A stretch of DNA of 64,000 nucleotides, from the NCBI GenBank assembly GCA_963665325.3, contig CAXXWS020000002.1, positions 544,001 to 608,000 of the forward strand, in the 5' to 3' direction. Below, one piece after another: positions 31,710 through 40,911 of the stretch (the first letter of the stretch is position 1; each line of letters opens with the position of its first letter). The stretch is from Alphaproteobacteria bacterium (lineage in GTDB: Bacteria; Pseudomonadota; Alphaproteobacteria; Bin95). The position numbers and the translations under genes were made by a program. Below the pieces are notes generated by a model, which was not told the DNA's origin, made no database searches, and saw only the letters and a list, made by a program, of their open reading frames with translations.

Positions 31710-32864
31710 ATGATCCGCAAGTTCACCACCGTGTATCCGGGCCATATCGACCTGCCAGACCGGGGGCAGGGCGCGACTCCTGCCAACGAGCGCCGCTACT
31801 CGAACGAGGAGCTCGCGTCCGTGTTTGCCAAGACGGATGCGGTGGCGAGGAAGCTGGACGAGATCGGCTTCGACACGCTCTGGCTGGCCGAGCACCATTT
31901 CCAGCACGAAGGCTATGAGTGCATCCCGAACATCCTCATGTGCGCGGTGCATCTGGCCCATATCACGCGCGCGCTGAAGATCGGCTGCGGCTTCAACATC
32001 GCGCCGATGTGGCATCCGCTGCGGCTTGCCGAGGACTTCGCCACGGCCGACATCCTGACTGAGGGGCGCACCGTTTTCGGGGTCGGGCGCGGCTATCACA
32101 CCCGCGAAGTCGAGACCTTCGGCGCGCCGATGCAGGACCAGACCGCCAACCGGGACCTGTTCGAGGAGCAGGTCGAGATCATGTTCAAGGCGTTCAACGA
32201 AGAGAGCTTCCGCCACGAGGGCCGCCACTACACCCTGCCGCCGCGTGTGCCCTATCGCGGCTACGACCTGGAGGAGATCACGCTGGTGCCGCGACCGGTC
32301 AACCTGCCGGTGGATTGCTGGCAGCCGGTGGTAAGCGCCAATCCGCGCGGGCTGGACTTCATGGTCCGGCACGGCATCAAGGGCGCCGTCGGCGGCGGCG
32401 CGGCGACCATGGCGGAGGGGCCGATCCAGGGCTACCGGGACGCAGCGGCCCGCGCCGGGATGGACCTCGCTCTCGGGGAGAACCTGACCATCGGGATCTT
32501 CTTCTATCTCGCCGATACGAAGGAACAGGCGGTCCGCGAGATGACGCCGCTCTATGAGGAGCATGTAAAGATATTCGCGCCGCTGGGCTTCGTGCCGGGC
32601 ATTTCGCCCGACGGCGTCGAGGCGGCGTCGCGACGGGGCGGCTGGTACGAGAACGGCGTGCCGCGCCTGGAGCATTTCATGGACCTCGGCGCCTGGTTCG
32701 CGGGCACTGCGGAGGAGCTGGTCGAGCGCCTGAAGCAGCTGGAAGAGCGCTACCCCGGCATGGAGCACATCAACCTCTCCACCAGCATGGGCACGCCGAC
32801 CGCCCAGATGCTGGAGCAGTTCGACCGTGTGGCGAAGGATGTCATGCCCGCTTTCGGGCATTAG
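31710..32864 (+). CDS. LLM class flavin-dependent oxidoreductase
   Basis: GFDTLWLAEHHF, HPLRLAEDFATADIL and GVGRGY motifs. Confidence 0.88.
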   Translation: MIRKFTTVYPGHIDLPDRGQGATPANERRYSNEELASVFAKTDAVARKLDEIGFDTLWLAEHHFQHEGYECIPNILMCAVHLAHITRALKIGCGFNIAPMWHPLRLAEDFATADILTEGRTVFGVGRGYHTREVETFGAPMQDQTANRDLFEEQVEIMFKAFNEESFRHEGRHYTLPPRVPYRGYDLEEITLVPRPVNLPVDCWQPVVSANPRGLDFMVRHGIKGAVGGGAATMAEGPIQGYRDAAARAGMDLALGENLTIGIFFYLADTKEQAVREMTPLYEEHVKIFAPLGFVPGISPDGVEAASRRGGWYENGVPRLEHFMDLGAWFAGTAEELVERLKQLEERYPGMEHINLSTSMGTPTAQMLEQFDRVAKDVMPAFGH

Positions 32865-32964
32865 GACGAAGGACTGCAGCCGCCGACAGAGCCGGCAGAT
32901 TGCCCACAATGGCAGGTCCGCTATGTTCGCGCGGAGTGCAATAACCCGACAGAGGAACGACCCG

Positions 32965-33813
32965 ATGGCATTTCAGCATCTGATCTTCGATGTGGCCGAC
33001 GAGATTGCGACGATTACGCTTAACCGCCCGGAGGCGCGCAATGCGCTCTCCGAACCCATGCGGGCCGAGCTCGACACCGTGCTCGCCGAGCTCAAGCGCG
33101 AGGCCGGCCGCAGCGTGAAGGCCGTCATCCTGACCGGGGCGGGCCGGGCCTTCTGCGCCGGGGGCGATGTGAAGGCGATGCAGTCGCGCCAGAAGGGGGC
33201 GGAGGCGGGCCGCCGCCGGATGCGCGAGGGCCACAACCGCTTCTACGATATTCTGAACCTCGAACTGCCGGTGATCGGCGCTGTGAACGGAGCGGCCGCG
33301 GGCGCAGGTTGCAATCTGGCGCTCGCCTGCGACTTCATCCTCGCCACGCCGCGCTCGATCTTCATGCAGGCTTTCGGGCGTATCGGGCTGGTGCCCGACT
33401 GGTCCGGCTTCTACCTGCTGCCGCGGATCGTCGGGCTGCAAAGGGCGAAGGAGCTGATCTTCAGCGCCCGCAAGCTGGGCGCGGCCGAAGCCAGGGAATA
33501 CGGCATCGTCCATGAGCTGCACGAGGAAGACGCGCTCATGGACGCGGCGCGAGCACTGGCGGGGCGTTTCACAAAGGCCTCGACGACAGCCATCGGCCTT
33601 TCCAAGACCATCCTCAACCAGTCCTTCAACCTTGATCACCGCACCATGCTGGAGATGGAGGCCTTCGCCCAGTCGGTCGCGTCCGGCTCCGAGTACCACA
33701 GCGCCGCCGTCGCCCGCTTCGTCGAGAAGCAGCCGGCGCTGTTCGACTGGGAAGCGATGGACAGGGCCCGGACCGACGCGCTGGCGGCCGCGGATACGCT
33801 GGCGGCAGAGTAA
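32965..33813 (+). CDS. Enoyl-CoA hydratase/isomerase family protein
   Basis: TLNRPEARNAL, AFCAGGD, AVNGAAAGAG and IGLVPD motifs. Confidence 0.92.
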   Translation: MAFQHLIFDVADEIATITLNRPEARNALSEPMRAELDTVLAELKREAGRSVKAVILTGAGRAFCAGGDVKAMQSRQKGAEAGRRRMREGHNRFYDILNLELPVIGAVNGAAAGAGCNLALACDFILATPRSIFMQAFGRIGLVPDWSGFYLLPRIVGLQRAKELIFSARKLGAAEAREYGIVHELHEEDALMDAARALAGRFTKASTTAIGLSKTILNQSFNLDHRTMLEMEAFAQSVASGSEYHSAAVARFVEKQPALFDWEAMDRARTDALAAADTLAAE

Positions 33814-33826
33814 GGAAGAAAAAAGA

Positions 33827-33858
33827 AAAGCCGGCGCGACCCGACAGGTGCCGGCTTT
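33827..33858. terminator. Probable bidirectional terminator
   Basis: AAAGCCGGC...GCCGGCTTT with an A-tract, between convergent genes. Confidence 0.65.
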
Positions 33859-33879
33859 GCAGAGTCTACGGCGCGGCGG

Positions 33880-34218
33880 CTATTCGGCCGCCTCGTCGTA
33901 TGCCGTGCCTTCGTCGTAGACCGTGTTGTATTCCCGGTCCATCGTGATGGGCATCTCATACATCTCGATCTGCGGCGGATGGTCGTATTTCGCCGTCATG
34001 TAGGCGACCCACTCGGCGTTGTAGCCCTTCTCCGCCGCCTCTCGGGACTCCCAGAGATAGATTCCCCCGCCGAGGCCGTCTCTGTAGAGGACGTTCTTGC
34101 GGATCAGCCCCTCGGTCGCCATGTAGCGCGGGATCGAATCGCGGAACATCTGCACGGCCGTTTCCCGGTCGGTGCCTTCCGGCAATCCGTAGGTGACAAC
34201 GGCGATCATCCTCGTCAT
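33880..34218 (-). CDS. YdhR-like dimeric alpha/beta-barrel (putative monooxygenase) protein
   Basis: GLIRK...GGGIYLWESREAA motif, 112 aa. Confidence 0.7.
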   Translation of the reverse strand: MTRMIAVVTYGLPEGTDRETAVQMFRDSIPRYMATEGLIRKNVLYRDGLGGGIYLWESREAAEKGYNAEWVAYMTAKYDHPPQIEMYEMPITMDREYNTVYDEGTAYDEAAE

Positions 34219-34383
34219 GGCCCGTCTCCCATCGTTTGCGGGCAAGCATAGCAGAACGGGCGCGGAAGCGGTTGCCCCCGCAGGTCGTGGACCTCATCGA
34301 CCGCGACCTGATCCAAGTCATCCGCGTGGTGCCGACAGAGCGCTCGGTCGCGCAATAGCGCGGAAAGTCAGGGTCGGCACCGG

Positions 34384-34773
34384 TTAGGCGGCGCGGGCCT
34401 CGAACAGCGGGCGCGCCGTTTTGGCGTAGGTGTGCTTGGCGACGATCCTGCCGCCTTCGACATGCAGCAGGTCGAGGCCGCGCCAGGCGCTCGACCGTTC
34501 CGGCGTGGTCAGCACGCAGGACCAGGAGATCATCGCCTTGCCGTCTTGCGCGTCGAGGAACAGGTCCTCCTCCTCGAAGCGCACCTTGCCGAATTTTCCG
34601 GCGAACATCGGCTCGAACGCCGCGCGGATCGCCGCCTTGCCTTCGTGCCGTCCGCCATGGAACTCGTCATAGACCGCATCCTCCGCGAACCAGGCCATGA
34701 CGCCGTCGAGGTCGTCGCGGTTGAAGGCGTCGGTGAACTTGAGCGTGATTTCCTTGAGCTCGTCGCGAGTCAT
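34384..34773 (-). CDS. NTF2/SnoaL-like domain protein
   Basis: FTDAFNRDDLDGVMAWFAEDAVY...GKAAIR...GRIVAK. Confidence 0.85.
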   Translation of the reverse strand: MTRDELKEITLKFTDAFNRDDLDGVMAWFAEDAVYDEFHGGRHEGKAAIRAAFEPMFAGKFGKVRFEEEDLFLDAQDGKAMISWSCVLTTPERSSAWRGLDLLHVEGGRIVAKHTYAKTARPLFEARAA

Positions 34774-34808
34774 ACGGAAGGCCTCCGGGACAGGGGTTGC
34801 AGGGGGCA

Positions 34809-35942
34809 CTATAGCGCCTTGGCAGGGGCGAAGGGGCGGCGCTGGCCGGCGGCTTCCATGAGCGGCATCACCTCCTCGATCCACTGGCGGCACTCGCCGA
34901 GATAATCCACCCAGGAAAGCAGCAGACCGTCCACACCCATGTCCGAGAGGCGCTCCAGGTCCTCGACGATGTCCTCCGGCGTGCCGACCAGCGGATAGCC
35001 GCCGTGCCCCGCCTTGAAGTGGAAGCGGAACGCATCCATCACCGCCGGCTCCAGGGTGCCGGACTGGAGCCCGAATATCTCCAGCATGTTCGCGACCGCA
35101 ACATCGTCGCCCCGCTCGACGACATAGTGGTGGAGATAGTCCTGGGCCTCGCGCCGGGTCGGCCGGCAGACGACATAGCCGTGGATCCAGCATTGTGAGG
35201 ACCGGCCGAGATCGGCGGCCATGGCCTTGAGATGCTCGATCTGGGCCCGGTCGCTTCCTTCGTCCTTCTGGCGCAGCATGACGAAATTCATGTCCGCTTG
35301 CGCGGCGGAGAAGGCCTGTCCGGCGGGCGAACTGCCGGCGTTCATGATCGCAGGCCTCGGGCGCTGGAGCGGTTTCGGTTCGCTCCAGAGCGCCTTGCCG
35401 CCGAAGAAGCGGCCATCGAGGTCGAACGGCTCCGTTGCGTTCCAGAGGCGCTTCACCAGCGAAAGCCATTCCTCGGCATAGGCGTAGCGGTCGTCATGCG
35501 GTCGTATTTCGAGGCCGAACATGTCGAACTCGTTCTTGAACCAGCCGGCGACGAGGTTGAGCGCGAACCGGCCGCCGGAAATATGGTCCACCGTCGCTCC
35601 CATCTTCGCCGCTGCGACGGGGTGGATCAGCGGTGCATGGACGGTCGAGAATACGGTGGCGTGGGAGGTCGCGGCCGCGATGCCGGCCGCCCAGGTCAGG
35701 CTTTCGAAGGTCCGGTTGTTGAAGTTCGTCTCCCCGCCATAGCCCTTCCAGCGGCCCACCGGGAGCAGCGCCTCGAAGCCGGCGGCGTCCGCCATGCGGG
35801 CGAGCGCGCGATTGTCTTCCCAGGTCATCGGCCAGGCGCCGTCGGCAGTCGTAACGGTGGAGCCGTGGGAGCAGTTGAATGCCATGACTCCGAGCTTGAT
35901 GCGGTTATCGTTGAACAGCGGGCTTCGGGGCGCCTCATTCAT
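34809..35942 (-). CDS. LLM class flavin-dependent monooxygenase (SsuD/RutA-like)
   Basis: RWKGYGG, ATVDHISGGRFALNLVAGW, NAGSSPAG and LVGTPE motifs. Confidence 0.88.
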   Translation of the reverse strand: MNEAPRSPLFNDNRIKLGVMAFNCSHGSTVTTADGAWPMTWEDNRALARMADAAGFEALLPVGRWKGYGGETNFNNRTFESLTWAAGIAAATSHATVFSTVHAPLIHPVAAAKMGATVDHISGGRFALNLVAGWFKNEFDMFGLEIRPHDDRYAYAEEWLSLVKRLWNATEPFDLDGRFFGGKALWSEPKPLQRPRPAIMNAGSSPAGQAFSAAQADMNFVMLRQKDEGSDRAQIEHLKAMAADLGRSSQCWIHGYVVCRPTRREAQDYLHHYVVERGDDVAVANMLEIFGLQSGTLEPAVMDAFRFHFKAGHGGYPLVGTPEDIVEDLERLSDMGVDGLLLSWVDYLGECRQWIEEVMPLMEAAGQRRPFAPAKAL

Positions 35943-36736
35943 TGCGGCGTTGCCGTTGCGCTGACGCCCTTGTCGATCAACGCCTCGATCTCGGCCCGGT
36001 CCAGCCCGGCCTCGCGGAGCACTTCCTCGCTGTGCTCCCCAGCTCGCGGTGCCTGCCGGCGTATCGACCCCGGCGTTCTAGAGAACGAGACGGGCGGACG
36101 CATATGGACCAGGCGACCTTCGGAGGGATGCTCCATGGTCTGGAAAAAGTCCACGGCCTCCAGGTGCGGGTCGTCGAAAAGGCTTTCGGGCGAGTGCATC
36201 GGCATACAGGGAATGTCAGCGCGTTCGAGATCGGCCAGCCAGTCGGCTGTGGATCGGCGCCGCATGATGTCCGCGAGCGTCCGGTAGAGTTCCTCGATGT
36301 TTCGGCCCCGCGAGGCCATGTCGGCGAAGCGCGGGTCATCCGCCAGCTCCGGATGTCCGGCTATCACGAAAAAGCGCCGCCAGTGGCGGTCGTTGTAAGG
36401 CAACACGCATAGATGGCCGTCGGCGGTCTCGTGAGGCCGACGCCATGGCGTCAGCAGCCGGCCATAGCCCGCCGGCCCGAGCGGTGGGTCGAATGTGCGC
36501 CCCTGTTGGTGCTCGTTCATCACGAAGGAAGCGAAACATTCGAACATGCCGCAATGGATTTCCTGCCCCTCGCCGGTGTTTGCACGGTGGTGGAGCGCCA
36601 TCAGCACCGCGAAGAGCGCGAACAGGCCACTGGTCTTGTCGGCGAATACCGAGGGAGCGTAGCGCGGTGCGCTGCCGCTCTGCTCGCCCTCCAGCCAGGC
36701 GAGGCCAGAGACCCCCTGGATCAGGTCGTCATAGGC
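35939..36736 (-). pseudogene. 3' fragment of a CaiB/BaiF CoA-transferase, truncated at the element junction
   Basis: Frame begins at AYDDLIQGVSG, with a TGA immediately upstream (36739-36737). C-terminal APRAGEHSEEVL is present; the N-terminal domain is missing. Confidence 0.85.
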
Positions 36737-36772
36737 TCATAAGCCGACCTCCACATCGGTTTCCTGACCGGT

Positions 36773-38593
36773 GTGACGGGGATGGAATTGAGTGATTCGC
36801 AACGAGTTGTCAACAAGCGGTTATCTGGTTTGCGCATCGGGGGCATTCTGTTCTCGTTTTCGGGTGCTGTCCTGCTTGGCGGCTGCGGCTGGTTCGACCA
36901 GGCTGAGGTTGCGCGGGACGCAGCGTCCGTAGAGGACCGCCTGGGTTCGGTCGGCTCGCTGGAGCCGGACAGGCCCGGCTTCCGCTCTCTCACGCAATCC
37001 AGGGATCCCTATCTGGCGTTGCGGCCGGTGGCGGAGGATCGTTCGCTCCTGCCCGAGGACCTGCGCTCGGAGACCGGGATCGTTGTCACGCTGGGCGACG
37101 AGCCGGGCGACGAGGTTCTGGCGCGGCGGATATCGGATGCAGCCGGGCTCGAAGTCCGGCTGGTCGGGGCCGAGTGGCTGGGCGCAGGTGAGAGCCTGGC
37201 TGGCGTCGAGGCGGGCATCGAAGTCCAGAGCGGCGCGCAGGCGAGGGAAGCGTCGGGTGACGCACGCGTTCGAACCGCGTTCAACAGAAGCGGCTTCGTC
37301 TCGGGCTGGCTCTCGTCCTGGTCCGACGAGCTGGCGGGCGAGGCCGGCGTGTGGTCGGGTCCGCTGGACCGGCTGCTGGATGCCTGGACGCAGGCTGCGG
37401 GCTACCGGTGGCAATACGATGACGAGGCGGCGCTGGTCGAGGTCGTGCGTTCCGAGACGCGCATCTTCGGCGTCCACGCCCTGCTCGGCAGCCAGAAATA
37501 CAATGTGACGACGACGACGGTCGGCGCGGGCGGTGAAGCCACGTCCGGATCCTCGTCGCAGTCGATCTCCTCCGAGATGACCTACGACCCCTGGCAGGAG
37601 ATCGGGCCGCAGGCGGTTGCGGCGGCGGGCCCGGAAGGGACGGTCTCGATTTCAGCGGCGTCCGCGACGGTGACGGCGACCGGCCTGCCGCGGGCGGTCG
37701 AGCGGGTGCGGGCGTATCTGGAGCATGTGAACCGTCATGTGCTGCGCCCGGTGACGCTCTCGGTGCATCTCTACTCGGTGCGGTTCGACAAGGGCTCGGA
37801 CTACGAGGTCGGCCTGACGGGCATCCTGCCGGAGGCGTTCGGGTCCAACTTCGCGGTCGGCGTCGACGGCGGCACGATTTCCGTAGTGAGGCCGACATCG
37901 GTCGGGGCCTCCTCCCTGCGCGCAACGGTGAGTGCGCTCCGCAAGGTCGGCACGGCCTCGCGGGTGCTGTCGGTGGACGTGCCGACGCTGAACGGTCGCC
38001 CGGCGCAGTTCTACGACCTGTTCGACCAGGCCTATCTGCAGCAGGTCAGCACCACGATCGAGGATGGCGTGCGGGCGGTGGAGCTGACGCCGGGAACGGT
38101 GTCGTCCGGCTTCGGCCTCAGCTTCGTTGCGCGGATCGTGGCGCCTGACGAGGTTCTGGCGCGCATTACGGCCACCATTCAGGACCGTCCGGAGTTCGCG
38201 GCCTTCGGAGCTGCGGGCAACCAGATCCAGCTTCCGTCGGGCGGCAGGCGCGCGATCGTGGTGACGCAGCGTATCGCGAGGGGCGAGACGCTTCTCCTCA
38301 CGGGCTTCCGCGACCGGTCGTCCTCGGGCGAGCGGTCGGGCACGTTCCATCCGGCGGTGCCGCTGCCGGAGGGCGGCGCGGATGCGGCCATCGCGCGTAT
38401 CGAGACGGCTCTGCTGGTGACGGCCGATATCGGGACGCCGCTCGGCATATCGGAGCGGAGGCTCGGCACGGGGTTCCCGGCCGGCGGTCCGGTCGCCAAG
38501 GTCGAGAGCGGCAATGCGGCCCCGGCGGACCCGGCCCTCCAGGATGCAGTCTCTCCGGCGGCAGGCGGCGCGGCCCGGGAGGCTGGCGGATGA
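36773..38593 (+). CDS. pilN: Type IVB pilus lipoprotein secretin (PilN/BfpB family), copy 2
   Basis: 606 aa, lipobox LLGGC and secretin domain; closely similar to 1481-3266. Confidence 0.72.
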   Translation: MTGMELSDSQRVVNKRLSGLRIGGILFSFSGAVLLGGCGWFDQAEVARDAASVEDRLGSVGSLEPDRPGFRSLTQSRDPYLALRPVAEDRSLLPEDLRSETGIVVTLGDEPGDEVLARRISDAAGLEVRLVGAEWLGAGESLAGVEAGIEVQSGAQAREASGDARVRTAFNRSGFVSGWLSSWSDELAGEAGVWSGPLDRLLDAWTQAAGYRWQYDDEAALVEVVRSETRIFGVHALLGSQKYNVTTTTVGAGGEATSGSSSQSISSEMTYDPWQEIGPQAVAAAGPEGTVSISAASATVTATGLPRAVERVRAYLEHVNRHVLRPVTLSVHLYSVRFDKGSDYEVGLTGILPEAFGSNFAVGVDGGTISVVRPTSVGASSLRATVSALRKVGTASRVLSVDVPTLNGRPAQFYDLFDQAYLQQVSTTIEDGVRAVELTPGTVSSGFGLSFVARIVAPDEVLARITATIQDRPEFAAFGAAGNQIQLPSGGRRAIVVTQRIARGETLLLTGFRDRSSSGERSGTFHPAVPLPEGGADAAIARIETALLVTADIGTPLGISERRLGTGFPAGGPVAKVESGNAAPADPALQDAVSPAAGGAAREAGG

Positions 38594-38809
38594 GTGTGCT
38601 TGTCGTCGGCGGTCACCGTTTCGCGGCCGGTCTCGATTGGGAGCGGGAGGTCCTGCGCGGGGGCAAGGCGGCGAAGGCGGCGCGCGACCGGGGCCATCGC
38701 TGGACGGTCGAGCTCGGCGGGCAGACGGGGTTCCTCGGCGACATAGAGAACCCCGGCGGCCTGGCGCCGCTGGCGGGCGCGCTCGTGGAGTATGTGCGCA
38801 AGCGCCCGG
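38590..38809 (+). pseudogene. pilO: PilO-like gene, 5' fragment cut by the transposon
   Basis: First 73 codons nearly identical to the 189-1484 product, then sequence switches to the transposon end at 38810. Confidence 0.8.
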
Positions 38810-39082
38810 TGAGTGTGCTCTCGGTATCTGATGGCGGGATGGTCACGTTGTTCGATGGTTTTCAGGCGTCGGGCCGGGCGTGACGGCGGGGGTGTCGGAC
38901 GGCCGTCGGCGCGTCAAGCCGCTTCGCGGCTCCTGCGCTGCGCTCCGGCCCTTCGGGTGACCCGCCGCCGTCCCTCCGACGGAGTGCATCCATGGCCGTA
39001 AGCAAGCTTCCGGCCACGGGCCGGCCGCTTTACGCAGTGTGACAATGGGAGCGGTGTTACCCGTTACCGTTACCCTCTCTCC

Positions 39083-40081
39083 CTAGGGGTTCGAGGCGGT
39101 AACGGTTTTCGGTAACGTGTCCCTGCGGTCGTTGCCGTTGAGGGCGGCGAGGCGGTATCCGCCTTCGGATGCGCGCTCGACGCGTCCTTCGCGGACGAGC
39201 CTGTGCAGCGCCTCGGCGACGGTTGCGGGCCGGGTTGCCGCGCGCTCGCGGATCCGGCGCTGGGAGAGCGGCGCGTCGGCGTCGGCGAGGGCCTGCAGGA
39301 TGCGCCGTTCGGGGGTATCCGGCTCCGGCGCCTGGTCTTCCGGCGTCTCGCGCAACCGCAGGGCGGGGCGCTCGTCGTCGTCGGCGAGTTCGATCTCGAG
39401 GTCTTCGAGGCCAGGGGCGTCGCGATGCTCGACGGTCATGAGGATCTGGCGGTCTCGCCGGCGCAGGTACAGATTCGAATCGCCCCAGGCGTGAAGTTCG
39501 CTGCTGCCGCGCAGCGCCTGCCCGGGCCGGGAGCCGCCGCTCTTTCGTGCGTGATGGACGAGGAGGACGGCGGTTTCGAAGCGGCGCTGTATGTCGCGCA
39601 GGAAGCCCAGCATGGGGGCGACCTCGGCGACGGTATTTTCGTCGACGCCGTGCAGGCGCACGAGGGGGTCGAGGACGACGAGGCGGGGTGAGACGCGCTC
39701 CACCGTCTCGACCAGGCGCTGGCGATCGGCGCGATGGTCGAGACGCAGCGTGGGCACGTCGATGACGGCGATGTCGAGGGTCTCGAACGCGGTGCCTGCC
39801 GCCTTTGCGATGCCCTGGAGGCGTGCGCGCACGATATGGCCGGCGTCCTCGGCGGCGAACAGCAGCACGGGGCCGCTTGCGGCGGGACGGAAGTGGCGCA
39901 GGCAGGGGACGCCGGCGGCGACCGCGACGGCGATGTCGAGTGCGAGGAAGGATTTGCCGCACTTGGGCTCGCCGCCGACGATGCCGACGCCCTGCTCGGA
40001 CCACAACGCCTCGACCATCCAGCGGCGCGCCTGGGGGCGCTCTTCGAGCTCCGCCGGCGCCCGTGTCGGGAAGCCCTTCAC
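39083..40081 (-). CDS. AAA_25/RepA-like RecA-fold helicase with C-terminal winged helix (transposon ORF4)
   Basis: GGEPKCGKS, FAAED, VVLDPL, LVHHARK and LRGSSEL motifs; GTG start overlapping the ORF3 stop. Confidence 0.75.
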   Translation of the reverse strand: MKGFPTRAPAELEERPQARRWMVEALWSEQGVGIVGGEPKCGKSFLALDIAVAVAAGVPCLRHFRPAASGPVLLFAAEDAGHIVRARLQGIAKAAGTAFETLDIAVIDVPTLRLDHRADRQRLVETVERVSPRLVVLDPLVRLHGVDENTVAEVAPMLGFLRDIQRRFETAVLLVHHARKSGGSRPGQALRGSSELHAWGDSNLYLRRRDRQILMTVEHRDAPGLEDLEIELADDDERPALRLRETPEDQAPEPDTPERRILQALADADAPLSQRRIRERAATRPATVAEALHRLVREGRVERASEGGYRLAALNGNDRRDTLPKTVTASNP

Positions 40082-40911
40082 CGCCGCGCCCTCCTCGGCT
40101 TGGCGGGTTCGCCCAGGGTCTCGATGAAGAGCTTCTCGTCGAGGACCTCGCGCTCCTTCTCGGCGGCGGCGGCGAGCAGGGCGTCGGCCATGACGGTGAG
40201 CGCCCGCGGGTTGCCGTCGGCATGGGCGACCAGGGTGTCCTTGAGGCCCGCGGTCATGAGGCCGGGATTGCCGGCCTGCTCGATCAGATGGTCGAGCAGG
40301 GCCGCGAGGTCGCCGGCCTCGGCCTTGGTCATGACCAGGCGCTGGCGGATGCGCGAGGCGATGGGCTGCAGATCGGGCTGGCGGAGCTTGTCGAGCAGGC
40401 GCGTGTCGCCGGCGAGGACGACCGAGAGGATGGCGCGCGAGTCGAAGTCGGTCGAAGCCAGCAGGCGGATCTCGGAGAACACCGAGGGCAGCAGCTCCTG
40501 GGCCTCGTCGACGAGCACGACGGGGCGCATGCGGGTATCGTCGACATGGGCGAGCCAGCGCTCGCGCAGGCTTTTGAAGCTGGCCCAGCGGTTGTTGTAC
40601 ATCAGGTCGACGCCGAACATCTCGCCGATCTCGCGGTAGAAGTCGGACAGCCGGGAGGAGGGATGGGTGATGGCGGCGATGCTGAGCCCCTCGCAGCGGC
40701 CGAGACGGTCGGCGAGCAGGCGCAACGCCACACTCTTTCCGGCGCCGGGCTCGCCGGCGATCAAGGCGAAGCCGCCCTGGCGCACCAGGTGGCGCTCGAT
40801 CCTGAGGCAGAAGCTGTCGACGGCAGGCGTCGCCATGAGACTGTCGACCGGCAGGTCGGTGGCGAAGGGGTTCCACTTGAGCCCGTAGAAGGTGAGCAGT
40901 TCCCGGTTCAT
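40078..40911 (-). CDS. ExeA-family AAA+ ATPase (MuB/TniB-like transposition ATPase, ORF3)
   Basis: WNPF, GEPGAGKS, LVDEAQ, SRI and GNPR motifs; overlaps the transposase stop. Confidence 0.85.
   Translation of the reverse strand: MNRELLTFYGLKWNPFATDLPVDSLMATPAVDSFCLRIERHLVRQGGFALIAGEPGAGKSVALRLLADRLGRCEGLSIAAITHPSSRLSDFYREIGEMFGVDLMYNNRWASFKSLRERWLAHVDDTRMRPVVLVDEAQELLPSVFSEIRLLASTDFDSRAILSVVLAGDTRLLDKLRQPDLQPIASRIRQRLVMTKAEAGDLAALLDHLIEQAGNPGLMTAGLKDTLVAHADGNPRALTVMADALLAAAAEKEREVLDEKLFIETLGEPAKPRRARR

Noticed and set aside
38810-38883. The same peptide tail (SVLSVSDGGMVTLFDGFQASGRA) is added to both pilO and the strawberry-notch protein
   Set aside because: It is read-through into the transposon end. 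The same frame in two cases is expected one time in three, and there is no sign of a degradation tag.
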